From an uncultured virus (IMG/VR IMGVR_UViG_3300037459_000123) (taxonomy: Duplodnaviria; Heunggongvirae; Uroviricota; Caudoviricetes): 64,000 nucleotides of DNA. The position numbers were made by a program, and so were the translations under genes. The notes beneath the pieces were generated by a model. The model made no database searches, was not told the origin of the DNA, and was given only the letters and a program-made list of their open reading frames with translations. This document shows, piece after piece, positions 21,722-30,844 of this stretch; the stretch's first letter is position 1, and each line of letters begins with the position of its first letter. Location of the stretch: IMG/VR virus record IMGVR_UViG_3300037459_000123; one strand, 5' to 3'.

Positions 21722-22344
21722 TCGGCCCGTTCGTCATCGACCTGGAAACGGGTGTGGTCACCCAGCGCTCCGACGAACTGATGTCCGTAGGTCAAGAGCC
21801 GTGGGTTGTCCATCGCCTCGACTCACTGCCCAGATTTGAGGTTCGATCATCCAACACAAACTTTGATCGGGCGTCAGGCACAGGGGACACGAGAATCCGA
21901 GCTTTCGATACCCATCACGGTGCGGAGGTCGACGTCTGCATGCGCTGGTCTCTGGAGAACTCGAAACTGAACGTGGCCATGATGTTCGCTCAAGCGTTCG
22001 CCGATCCCGAGAAAATCGCCAAGCAGATGACTAAGCCGCCGACCAAGCTGCCGGTGATCACCGATCTCAGCTACGAGCGCACCACACAACCACGATCAGC
22101 GCTCCAGCGAGCCGTTGCTAAGTACGTGCCGAACCTTCCGCTGATCAGCACGCCTCCGCAGGGGTTCAACTGTCGATCGGTCGTCAACAAGCTCGACCTC
22201 GGCAAGATCAGGGTTGACGTCAAAAAGACGTTTCCGCCGCTGGTCGTCAGGGCGTTTCCTCCGCGGGCTTTCCTACCGGTGAAGCTCGATCCGGCCGTGA
22301 TCAATGCCGAGATCTCCAAGCTGTTGTCGGGAGACGAGGAGTAA
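21718..22344 (+). CDS. Leader-array protein 7 (MIGPFVIDLETGVV) with MuF-like PPQGFNCRS motif
   Basis: Shared motif, ATGA overlap. Confidence 0.75.
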   Translation: MIGPFVIDLETGVVTQRSDELMSVGQEPWVVHRLDSLPRFEVRSSNTNFDRASGTGDTRIRAFDTHHGAEVDVCMRWSLENSKLNVAMMFAQAFADPEKIAKQMTKPPTKLPVITDLSYERTTQPRSALQRAVAKYVPNLPLISTPPQGFNCRSVVNKLDLGKIRVDVKKTFPPLVVRAFPPRAFLPVKLDPAVINAEISKLLSGDEE

Positions 22345-22346
22345 AC

Positions 22347-22442
22347 ATGTTTACTCCGATCGAGTTGAGTCCGTTGGGTTCGGCAGCCCTGTTGATCGTG
22401 ATGTTCCTGCTTGGGGTGATGGCTGGGAGACCTTCGCAGTGA
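22347..22442 (+). CDS. 31-aa hydrophobic peptide (MFTPIELSPLGSAALLIVMFLLGVMAGRPSQ)
   Basis: GGAG RBS and ATG inside the palindrome; stop overlaps the next GTG start. Confidence 0.55.
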   Translation: MFTPIELSPLGSAALLIVMFLLGVMAGRPSQ

Positions 22443-22918
22443 TCATCCCGTTTTCGATCGATCTCGTCAGCGGTGATCTCTGCATGACGACGCAAACGCT
22501 GGCCGAACTCAAGAGGGCCACACATCTCGTCTGCCGAGATGCCACCAACGAGGATTTGAGGACGTTCTGTGGGTTCAATCCATCGGCCGTGAACTTCAAG
22601 TTCAAGCTCACGTCGGATTGGGGAGAGGCGACATGCAGGAGATGCCGATCGGAGGCGATTGAGGATGAGGACGACGATTTGGTAAACGTGACGGTACAGA
22701 ATGTGCCGATGGGCTACACGTCGGCACAGGCCAGGGGAACCGTCAAGGCCGGTCAGATGGTTGCGGCGAATCCAAACGGGACGGTCTCAGCGGCGCAAGC
22801 TGATCCTACGACGTCCGTGGTGATCGACCGATTGTTGCGAGATGACGATGAGGACGAGGGCGACGACTACGATCCGGATGATTGGTACGACGACCCTGAT
22901 GAGGATACCGACTTGTGA
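22439..22918 (+). CDS. Leader-array protein 8 (MIIPFSIDLVSGDL)
   Basis: Shared motif; TFCG..TCRRC; acidic tail. Confidence 0.75.
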   Translation: MIIPFSIDLVSGDLCMTTQTLAELKRATHLVCRDATNEDLRTFCGFNPSAVNFKFKLTSDWGEATCRRCRSEAIEDEDDDLVNVTVQNVPMGYTSAQARGTVKAGQMVAANPNGTVSAAQADPTTSVVIDRLLRDDDEDEGDDYDPDDWYDDPDEDTDL

Positions 22919-23229
22919 TCGCCTGGTTCGCAATCGACCTAGAGAGCGGTTTGGTGTCCATTCTCGGTCCGCAACGGTCGCTAAAGTGGGTGGACGACTT
23001 TTCGACCAAACTCGCTAAGCGGCTTGGTGACGATGTGCGAGTGGCGGGTGTCTCCTACGACCCTGATCGACACAATGGCCTGATCACCTGTGACATCATT
23101 GAGGGTCTCCAGCAGAACGATGCGTTCCCGGTCAGGGTACAAGTCGGGCGAGTTGCGTATCGGTCGGTGGAGACGTTGGTGGCGAATGCGGTCAACAGTT
23201 TTCGTAACTATGTGAGGCCGGACGAGTGA
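22915..23229 (+). CDS. Leader-array protein 9 (MIAWFAIDLESGLV)
   Basis: Shared motif, GTGA overlap. Confidence 0.75.
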   Translation: MIAWFAIDLESGLVSILGPQRSLKWVDDFSTKLAKRLGDDVRVAGVSYDPDRHNGLITCDIIEGLQQNDAFPVRVQVGRVAYRSVETLVANAVNSFRNYVRPDE

Positions 23230-23564
23230 TCGAGTGGTTCGCCATCAACCTGGAGACGGGGGAGGTCCAGAACGGTCGCTGGCTGATCGATGTTGCGCAG
23301 CCACTCGATGACATGTTGCCTACGGACATGCACGTGACTGCGATTCGGCACGATAGGCGGACGCGTGGAGAGCAGTGCGTCGGCACTATCACTGTGGAAA
23401 TTAACGAGCAGGGCAAGGAGTTCGAGGTTTCCACAACTACGGCATCGGTGACCCTGGAGCATGCACTGCTGATCGAGTTGTTTCACAAGGTGATGGGATC
23501 AAAAGATCGGAAGCGCAATGCGCCGCTGGGCTCCAATTTGCCGATGCAGGATGTGAGCGAGTGA
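23226..23564 (+). CDS. Leader-array protein 10 (MIEWFAINLETGEV)
   Basis: Shared motif, GTGA overlap. Confidence 0.75.
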   Translation: MIEWFAINLETGEVQNGRWLIDVAQPLDDMLPTDMHVTAIRHDRRTRGEQCVGTITVEINEQGKEFEVSTTTASVTLEHALLIELFHKVMGSKDRKRNAPLGSNLPMQDVSE

Positions 23565-23797
23565 TCGCCCCGTTCAACATCGACCTCGATACAGGTGATG
23601 TCGAGGAGGGCAGGCGCATTCATCAGCAGAGGGTCACGTTTGATTCGAGCGTTGTCCCCAAGACTTGGTGTGGGATGTCGTTCATCAAGATGGCACTCGG
23701 CGGCGAGATTGTGGCGACCGATGGAAAGCCCAACTGCGAGCGCTGTCGAGAGGCGTTGGATTTCCACATCAAGAAGGCGACGGAATACGCGGCGTGA
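23561..23797 (+). CDS. Leader-array protein 11 (MIAPFNIDLDTGDV)
   Basis: Shared motif; TWCG..NCERC. Confidence 0.75.
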   Translation: MIAPFNIDLDTGDVEEGRRIHQQRVTFDSSVVPKTWCGMSFIKMALGGEIVATDGKPNCERCREALDFHIKKATEYAA

Positions 23798-24147
23798 TCG
23801 GGCCATTCGCCATCGATCTCGACACCGGCAAAGTTTATGACCGGTTTCCGCAACCGAATCGACTGTGGCCGGGTCGATGGATTCGTGAGGTCATGGCGGA
23901 GCTTCAGAAACGTCTCGGATCGGCGGCGCATGTGCGCAGTGTTGAACAGGTGGGGGGAGCAATATATGCGACTATCAAACCGCCGTTCAACGCCGACCAA
24001 TGCAAGATCATGATCCAAACTCCGGGCGAACACACCAACATGGGAGCCGAGGCTGTGACGGGGTTGCTGAACGCCTACGATGAGGTACTGAGGGCCATGC
24101 CCCGAGGCCAACGCATGCGCAAATTTCTTGACGGGACCAACGAATGA
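23794..24147 (+). CDS. Leader-array protein 12 (MIGPFAIDLDTGKV)
   Basis: Shared motif, GTGA overlap. Confidence 0.75.
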   Translation: MIGPFAIDLDTGKVYDRFPQPNRLWPGRWIREVMAELQKRLGSAAHVRSVEQVGGAIYATIKPPFNADQCKIMIQTPGEHTNMGAEAVTGLLNAYDEVLRAMPRGQRMRKFLDGTNE

Positions 24148-24410
24148 TCGAGCGATTCGCCATCGATCTCGAAACTGGCAAGATCGAGGTCACTCTGCCA
24201 TCGCTCAGGTCTCCCGTGTATTTGATTGCCGATGATCTCGTCGATCCGCCGCCGATGACCCCACAGCAACAGACCAAGATGCTCAGGTGGTTCGAGGAGA
24301 CGATGAAGGGCAGGACAAAAGCGGACGCGACGATTCAACATACCGCCACCCGCAAGCGCAAACAGACAGCCCGACAGAAGGCCCTGAGACGCATGCGTCG
24401 CGGAAAGTGA
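24144..24410 (+). CDS. Leader-array protein 13 (MIERFAIDLETGKI)
   Basis: Shared motif; basic C-terminal tail. Confidence 0.75.
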   Translation: MIERFAIDLETGKIEVTLPSLRSPVYLIADDLVDPPPMTPQQQTKMLRWFEETMKGRTKADATIQHTATRKRKQTARQKALRRMRRGK

Positions 24411-24766
24411 TCGTTCCGTTCTACATCGACCTGGAGAGCGGCAAAGTCGACGATTATCGAGGGCTGCACATGTTCGGGCGCTCGGAGGGCGGCGAGGAGT
24501 TGTACATCTGGAAGTTTGACGATTCACGGTTAGCTCGGCTCGTCTACGTGCTCGCAACCGATGCGTCCGAGGCGTGGCAGTACGTCATGTTGGGTTGCGA
24601 CGATCCCTATGATCAGGCACCGACCAAAGTCCCCTGTACCGAATGGAATAAACTGGTTGGTCATCGAGTGATGGATCCGAGGTCGATCCGGCTCGTGCAT
24701 GCGGCTAAATCGGTGCTCGACCAGTTGGGGACTGGATTCATCGGCTATGCGGAGCGACTGCCGTGA
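24407..24766 (+). CDS. Leader-array protein 14 (MIVPFYIDLESGKV)
   Basis: Shared motif, GTGA overlap. Confidence 0.75.
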   Translation: MIVPFYIDLESGKVDDYRGLHMFGRSEGGEELYIWKFDDSRLARLVYVLATDASEAWQYVMLGCDDPYDQAPTKVPCTEWNKLVGHRVMDPRSIRLVHAAKSVLDQLGTGFIGYAERLP

Positions 24767-24969
24767 TCACCCCATTCGCCATCAACCTGGAGAGCGGTAA
24801 GGTTGAGTTTCACATGTTCGAGATGGACGTGTTCTGTCCGTGGTGCGCAGCCAAGCCCGGCGAGCGATGCACACAACTCGCGAACGAGCGCGAGGTGGGT
24901 TCGAGCATGTGGTGGCACAGCGCCAGAACGCACGCACTGGATGTCAGGTTACGAGCAATGAAACAGTAG
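24763..24969 (+). CDS. Leader-array protein 15 (MITPFAINLESGKV), Zn finger
   Basis: Shared motif; CPWCAAKPGERC..HSAR. Confidence 0.75.
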   Translation: MITPFAINLESGKVEFHMFEMDVFCPWCAAKPGERCTQLANEREVGSSMWWHSARTHALDVRLRAMKQ

Positions 24970-25008
24970 GGGACGATTTCGACCTCCAGGCCCCATAATG
25001 GGCTTGAG

Positions 25009-25269
25009 ATGATCCACCCGTTCGCCGTCGACCTCCGATCAGGGCAGGTATTTTCAAACGTCATCATCCATTCGTGCGTCACGCCGACCATGACGTGGTG
25101 TGGGAAGGATCGAGCGCGCTTGAACTATGTGACCGGCGAGGATTCGACGAGTATCGGCCCTCGCACCACTTGTCACAAATGTCGGTTGGAGAGCATGTGG
25201 GCCCGTATGCGCGACTGGTCGCACATCGCCGACAAAGTGATCGATGCTCACGCTGGGGCTTTCGAGTGA
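25009..25269 (+). CDS. Leader-array protein 16 (MIHPFAVDLRSGQV)
   Basis: Shared motif; TWCG..TCHKC; own promoter-like motif upstream. Confidence 0.75.
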   Translation: MIHPFAVDLRSGQVFSNVIIHSCVTPTMTWCGKDRARLNYVTGEDSTSIGPRTTCHKCRLESMWARMRDWSHIADKVIDAHAGAFE

Positions 25270-26198
25270 TCGAACCGTTCGCACTCGACATCAGAAGCGA
25301 CGAATCCAACGACGTGGCCAAGGACGGGTTTGTCCTGAGCGGCATCGAGTGGGATCGGCTGCGTGTGCTGGATGTCGACTGTGCTCACTCGAAGCTTTGG
25401 GAGTATTGGGTCGAGTGCCCGAAGTGCGTCAATGGGTTTGACGGCCTCGGCAACGCGGTGTGTGAGTGCATGAAAGACAGTTGGCCTGGTCATCAGATTC
25501 ACAAAGGCCACCAAAAGCAACTCTGGCGACCTGACGAGGCGAGTGCAGAGTGCCGACGTTGCAAGGCCAAGGCGGGGGACCCGTGCAACCCTAAGCCGTT
25601 CGGCAAATCCGAGTTTCATCCGGAGCGGGTACATCAGGCCATGGCAGCAGCCGCCACTGCAAATCGAAAAGCGAATGCAGTCTCGAAATCCGTCGCGGTT
25701 GATCCGCAGAACGCAGAGAGCGTCCCATGCGGGATTTGTTTGGCGGCTGCCGGGGTGCCGTGTCGCAGCGGTGTGGTCATCATACCGCCGCATCAGGCTC
25801 GCAAAGTGCGGTTGCAGATGGAGTCGAAGAAACAACAGGGCCAACCGAGCACGGCGCTGGATGTCAAATGTACGTATTGTGCGGCGCCTCCAGGAGTGCG
25901 ATGCAGCAACCACATGAACCGAGGGCCCGGGCCGGTCAAGTTTGTCGAGCCGCATGGCGTAAGACTGCACGACGCATCTGAGGAGCGAAGCGACTCCGAC
26001 AAAAAGCTGGAAGCGATACTCCAGGGCCTCGGAGTGACGAATGTCGCCGATGCCACCAAACGCATTCAAGACATCGCCCTGAACTCAACCCGCCAGTCAG
26101 TACCACCCCCACAGGGACAACTACCCGAACCACTACAGACCCAACGGGACAAGCAACGCGAACGCATAAGAAAGCTCGGACAGTACGGAGTCGAGTAG
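25266..26198 (+). CDS. Leader-array protein 17 (MIEPFALDIRSDE), multiple Zn fingers
   Basis: Shared motif; three CxxCxAxxGxxC..HxxR repeats. Confidence 0.75.
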   Translation: MIEPFALDIRSDESNDVAKDGFVLSGIEWDRLRVLDVDCAHSKLWEYWVECPKCVNGFDGLGNAVCECMKDSWPGHQIHKGHQKQLWRPDEASAECRRCKAKAGDPCNPKPFGKSEFHPERVHQAMAAAATANRKANAVSKSVAVDPQNAESVPCGICLAAAGVPCRSGVVIIPPHQARKVRLQMESKKQQGQPSTALDVKCTYCAAPPGVRCSNHMNRGPGPVKFVEPHGVRLHDASEERSDSDKKLEAILQGLGVTNVADATKRIQDIALNSTRQSVPPPQGQLPEPLQTQRDKQRERIRKLGQYGVE

Positions 26199-26410
26199 AA
26201 CTACAGGCCGTTATTGCGCAGGTTCCCCTCTAAGGGAGCCCAGAACAGGGGATTGCCAAGCGTAGGGGCTCACGAGAGGGCCGAGAGGGGCCAGGAGGTA
26301 GGACGACGTGGTGAGGGGAAGCCAGGGAGGCACCGAGCGACCTGTGAAAACCGACCCTCTCACGAGCGACCGGACGGCCACGCTGGGCGTCGATTCTGTG
26401 CTGGATGTCC

Positions 26411-26445
26411 TGGACAGCGGCGCAAGCATGCGCTACTGTTAAGAC
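26411..26445 (+). promoter_or_regulatory. Sigma70-like leaderless promoter with palindromic operator (copy 1)
   Basis: TGGACA-17-TACTGT, GCGCAAGCATGCGC in spacer, ATG at 26446. Confidence 0.7.
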
Positions 26446-26760
26446 ATGGACAACGCAAACAGCATGAACATCGCCAACGAAATCCGCCGCCAGGTCGGCC
26501 CCCGCGCTTTCGCCATGATGGGCGCCAAGAACCTGCTCGGCAGCGAGGACAGCTTGCAGTTCAAGATTGGCCGCAACGCCAAGCGCGTCACCCACATCCG
26601 GATCACGCTGGACCCCTCCGACACCTACCGCGTCGAGTTCATCCGCGTAGGCCGCGCACCGATGTTCAAGACCACCCCGGTTGCCGATTTCGACGGCGTC
26701 TATGCCGACTCGCTCCACACGCTCATCGAGGGCAACACCGGGCTCTACTTGAGCCTGTAA
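26446..26760 (+). CDS. Conserved small early-type phage protein of unknown function
   Basis: LQFKIG..RITLDPSDTY..GVYADSL..TGLYLSL pattern recalled from phage hypotheticals. Confidence 0.75.
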   Translation: MDNANSMNIANEIRRQVGPRAFAMMGAKNLLGSEDSLQFKIGRNAKRVTHIRITLDPSDTYRVEFIRVGRAPMFKTTPVADFDGVYADSLHTLIEGNTGLYLSL

Positions 26761-26799
26761 GAAATCGACATCCACCACGTCGATTGTGGGTGACATCAG

Positions 26800-26834
26800 T
26801 TGACGCCAGCGCAAGCATGCGCTACTGTTAAGAC
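26800..26834 (+). promoter_or_regulatory. Leaderless promoter/operator (copy 2)
   Basis: TTGACG-17-TACTGT; 39 bp identical to copy 1 (26420-26458 = 26809-26847). Confidence 0.7.
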
Positions 26835-27173
26835 ATGGACAACGCAATCGAAACCGCCGCAACCATCGCCCGCACCCTGACACCGGGAACCAACGTCACC
26901 ATCAAGGTCGTTTCCTTCAACGACTATCGGGGCATCAAGGCAGGCACCCGATTGGTCTTCTCCATCGAAACCAATATTCACCAAAACAGCAAAGCCGCAC
27001 TGGCCATCCTGAAGACCTTCCGCTCAAACTTCATCAGCGCACTTTCGGACACGGCCAAGGCCGGACTCCGAACCCACGGCCGCCACACCTTCAACCGCGC
27101 CGGATTCTGGAACATGGGTCAGTTCGACACAACAGCCTGGAACACCACAATCAAAACAGCCAACGAGGGGTAG
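26835..27173 (+). CDS. Hypothetical early protein
   Basis: Starts directly after promoter copy 2. Confidence 0.65.
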   Translation: MDNAIETAATIARTLTPGTNVTIKVVSFNDYRGIKAGTRLVFSIETNIHQNSKAALAILKTFRSNFISALSDTAKAGLRTHGRHTFNRAGFWNMGQFDTTAWNTTIKTANEG

Positions 27174-27729
27174 GGCCCCGAACCTGACATCGAGGGGGCA
27201 GGGGGTGATCACCATCAACCTAGGGCGAGCCGACCCAGGCGAGCCTCCTGACGTCACCCGGCTGACTCCCCGAGCGACAACCACAGGGAGGACACGTCGA
27301 CCCGTTGAGCGCCCTCAGACCGGGCAACCGGGGGTAGGGGTACGGACGTCACCACCAAGGCCAGGGGTAAACATGTTGCCTCCTCGGAGAGCCAGCGAGT
27401 GGGGCCAGGTCAGCAGGTCTGTGCTCGACATCGACGAGGGGCAGGTCGAGGGGGTACGACCGGGGTAGGGGGCGAAAAGCACTAATGGGTCTGGAGCGCG
27501 GCCCGGCACCCCACCCTCAACGTCCCGAACCCCCCTACGAGCCGCCGACAAATCTCCCCCCGTGCCCGGACATCCACCACAGCAATAGAAGCCCGCCCCA
27601 CGTACCGGCCCATCCTGTGGGTGCGTCATGCCGCTGTCCGGACTGGGGGCGGGCACCTTGTTTGTCGAATCCCGCGCTCCGGATGAAAGGGGTCCCGGTC
27701 GATTTGTCGAAAAAAACTCCCGGAACCCC

Positions 27730-27764
27730 TTGTAGGCGGCGCATGCTTGCGCTAGTATCTAGAC
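27730..27764 (+). promoter_or_regulatory. Leaderless promoter/operator (copy 3)
   Basis: TTGTAG-17-TAGTAT, GCGCATGCTTGCGC, ATG at 27765. Confidence 0.65.
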
Positions 27765-28192
27765 ATGGACGCAACGCAAAACCTCCGCAACGAATACAAG
27801 GCTCTCTCCACCGCTTGCGCGGACAGCCCTGCCACTTTCAATCGCCAGGTCGAAAGGCTCCTGTCGAAGCTTGATGATGGCGAGGCACCCCGGCGGTCTC
27901 CCTCCCGCTACCTCGAAGCCGCACGCGAGGTAGCGTTCTGCGAGTACAAGGTGGATTACCGGGAGTTGGTTTCATGAACAAGCAACTCCTACACATCAGC
28001 AAGCTCACCACCGCTCGCGTGTTGGCGGACCACCCGGAACTCCGCGACCTGACGGCGCGCAAGAACGCGGCTTTTGTTGCCATGCGCAACGCGGACGGGA
28101 TTCCGGAGTTCACTCGCCTGCACAGGGTGGCCAAGCCGCTCTGCATCGAATGGGACGGCCGAGTCAAGGCGCACTACAGCGTAATCGTTTAG
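27765..28192 (+). other. Two small coupled ORFs (27765-27977, 27974-28192)
   Basis: Downstream of promoter copy 3, ATGA overlap. Confidence 0.6.
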
Positions 28193-28499
28193 GAGGCTCG
28201 GCAATGTGGTACGGTCGTCGGTATGACGCCGCCCGACTACACCCATCTCGCCGACAACACGTTGCAGCCCTTGCCCGCCAAGAAGCGAAAGCAGCCTCGC
28301 GTGCGCCCGGTGCGAGTGCAGAGCAAGTCCAAGAATCAGCGCAAGGCAGAACGCCGCTTGCGCGCGGCCTGACCCCCCGGGGTACTTCAATCGGGGGGTG
28401 GGTTCTGAAACCCGTGCCGGTTCTCGAATGCGCGAGCTTTTTTCTTCCGGTCGCTCACGAGGCGGGCCGATTTCAGATGGTCGGCGCCATAACGGGTTG

Positions 28500-29096
28500 A
28501 TGACAACGCTCGACGACTTTCAGGCAAAGCTCAGGACCGCCATCGCACTCCACAGCACGAAACGAGTGGCGGAGGCGTGCATGGTTGCGGAAAAGAAGCT
28601 GCACCGGTGGGCGAATGACAAAACTACTCCGTTACCTGACCGGTCGGCCCGCAGGGAGTTCCTAAAGAAGATTCGCAACCTGAAATTGGGCGAAGCCTCC
28701 GACAAGTCAGCCCGCGAGGAGTTTCTCGAACGTAAAGTGGAGTTTTGGAAGGGTGTCGCGCGGGAGCACGGTTTCGAGGGGGAGTTTCTCGGCGAGGAGG
28801 TGATTGAGTACGAGCGCAACGTGCTCGACCCTCTGATTCTCAAGTGGATGAAGCGGTGGGAGCTAACCAACCAGGATGTTAGTGGCCCGGCGCAGGACGA
28901 CCTCATTGATCGCATCAGCCAGGAGGTCGCGGCGGTGCGCCGGTTCATTCAGGAGTGTGTCGACTCTGTACCGGTTGCACCGCCCGTTTCCTTGGACCAC
29001 ATCGAGGAGTTTTTCGTGTCGCGTACTCATGTCAAGGCGGCCATCAACACGCAGCGCGAGCCAAAGGGCCGTGAGGCGTCGGAGGCGGTGGGCTGA
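28500..29096 (+). CDS. HTH-domain protein
   Basis: STKRVAEACMVAEKKLHRWANDKTTP HTH-like segment; CCATAACGGG motif upstream. Confidence 0.5.
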   Translation: MTTLDDFQAKLRTAIALHSTKRVAEACMVAEKKLHRWANDKTTPLPDRSARREFLKKIRNLKLGEASDKSAREEFLERKVEFWKGVAREHGFEGEFLGEEVIEYERNVLDPLILKWMKRWELTNQDVSGPAQDDLIDRISQEVAAVRRFIQECVDSVPVAPPVSLDHIEEFFVSRTHVKAAINTQREPKGREASEAVG

Positions 29097-29431
29097 TGGG
29101 AGTTGCGGTTTGCGAAGTGTGCGGCGAGCCGCCGAGGTACGAGCAGCGTTGCGAGCACTTCAGTCACTACCCGCATCCTCATCTCCACGTTTACGAGGTC
29201 GGTGCGGATCTATCTTCGGGTCTTGTGGAGCGCAAGCATTGGCAAGAGGCCATCCGCGAGCGGGACGAGGCGCGTGAGGCAGCGGGTACGGTGGCGTGTG
29301 TCGGTCCGTGGATGTGGTCGTCGGTGGATGACAACGACCTGGACAGCATGGGCGAGGGGATGGTGGTCTCGATGACGGCGGGGACTCTACGCCAGCTTCT
29401 CGCCAAGGCGTCGGAGGCGGTGGGCTGATGG
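29074..29431 (+). repeat. 26 bp direct repeat (29074-29099, 29406-29431) flanking ORF 29096-29428
   Basis: AGGCGTCGGAGGCGGTGGGCTGATGG occurs twice. Confidence 0.85.
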
Positions 29432-30838
29432 TGTTTCTCCACGGAGGGGTTCCGTGCCCCGTCGACCTGGCTGCTGTCGTCGCAGTCCTACCCGGGGCGC
29501 TCGCGGTGTTCTGGTACGCTCGGGCCGTTGTCAGGGGATGGTTCGGCTGATGGGCTGGTTAGTCGTGATTCTGTTTGCACTGCTGCTACTCGGCGGTAGG
29601 CGCGGCGGCGGTTGTACCGTAGTGCCGTCCCGATTTGGCTGTGTTCGGCCGCCACCCCCGGCGCCCATGCGAGGGGAGGGCAGATGAGTTGCATCCACAG
29701 CAAGCAAATCCGAGGCATCTGCGAACACTGTAACGTGCCCGAGATGGAGGCGGTGCTCGACGGTGGTGGTTCGCATTGGTGGTTGTCATTCTGTGACCCC
29801 GGGGCGCCCGTCGGTCAGAAGTTTTTGGGTTGCGTCATCACCGGGCCTGCATACGATGTCGGCGGTGCGGCGAAATGTGCCTGGAAGGTTGGCTGCAACC
29901 CGGGCAAGGAGGTTGTCGGTATCGCCGTCCCCATAACGGCGACGATTCCCGAGGAGTACACCGATCGTTTGCTCACCAAGGATGAGGCAGCCGCGGTGGA
30001 TGCAATCTGGGAAAAGGAACACGGGCCGGTGCCGTCATGATGAATCTCCGGATGTCCGCGGTCGCCGAGTGCCACTGGTTCGGGTGCTCGAAGTTCTGTG
30101 GCATCGAAGTCGAGGTTGAGCCAGCAATCGACACGGCCCGCATGGCGGAGCATGTACTCGACCACCCGGATGAAGGGTTCGCACTCACGATGACCATCCG
30201 GTCGGTCAAATTGTGCTCGGATGAGATGCGCGATGGGTGGGAGTTCGACGGTGAGCGCGTTACGTGCCCCGGTCACGTGGGGGTGGGGAAGGACCAGCCG
30301 GGCTGATGGGAACTCTAACCTACGGGCAGGACATCACCCTCACGTTCAGTCTCAAGAACGGAGCCACGCTTGTGATCTACCCCCGTGGGGAAATCGAACT
30401 CGGAGGGCGGCCGCTAAGTGAGCATCCTATCGCCCTCGGGACGTTCGTTCTCCGGTTCGCTGCTGAATGGGCGAAGGGACAATCGACATTGGAGATGGAA
30501 GGGCCGAGCGTGGGCTGATGGAAGTGGAGACCCTCAAGCTGGACAACATTCTTGAGAACCTCCGCGACCTGCGCCTCTGGGCCGGATTGCCTGGCGTTCT
30601 CCGGCTCGACGTCAGAGCCGGAGGGACCTGGCTCATGTATCTGGTGCTCGGGCACGTGTACTCCACGCCTATCGTCATCGACGCATTCGCGAGCGTGTCG
30701 GCATGCTGCAACGAGATCAGACGGTGGGCGGTTGCCAAGCATGGGGAGGCGATCCGGGCCAACCGGATTCTCCACGATGAGCACGCGCGGCGCTGCGTTG
30801 ATTTCTGGGGGGCCGATTCACGTGCCCTGGCGCCATAA
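29096..30838 (+). other. Coupled small ORFs (29096-29428, 29428-29550, 29550-29687, 29684-30040, 30037-30306, 30306-30518, 30518-30838)
   Basis: TGATG/ATGA overlaps; two are short TM peptides. Confidence 0.6.
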
Positions 30839-30844
30839 CGGGAT

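Noticed and set aside
22338..22357. Dispersed palindrome as a LexA box or canonical parS
   Set aside because: Does not match the GAAC-N4-GTTC or CTG-N10-CAG LexA boxes or the TGTTNCACGTGAAACA parS consensus; kept as an unknown site
19363..26198. Leader array as a CRISPR array, DGR or integron
   Set aside because: Repeats are degenerate and protein-coding with 200-900 bp spacing; no cas, reverse transcriptase, TR/VR pair, attC-like hairpins or integrase seen
19363..26198. Leader as a frameshifted PQQ-type beta-propeller gene (AxDxxTG repeats)
   Set aside because: Each motif sits at or near its own start codon in a separately coupled ORF, with irregular spacing and unrelated downstream sequence; only the hairpin motif is similar
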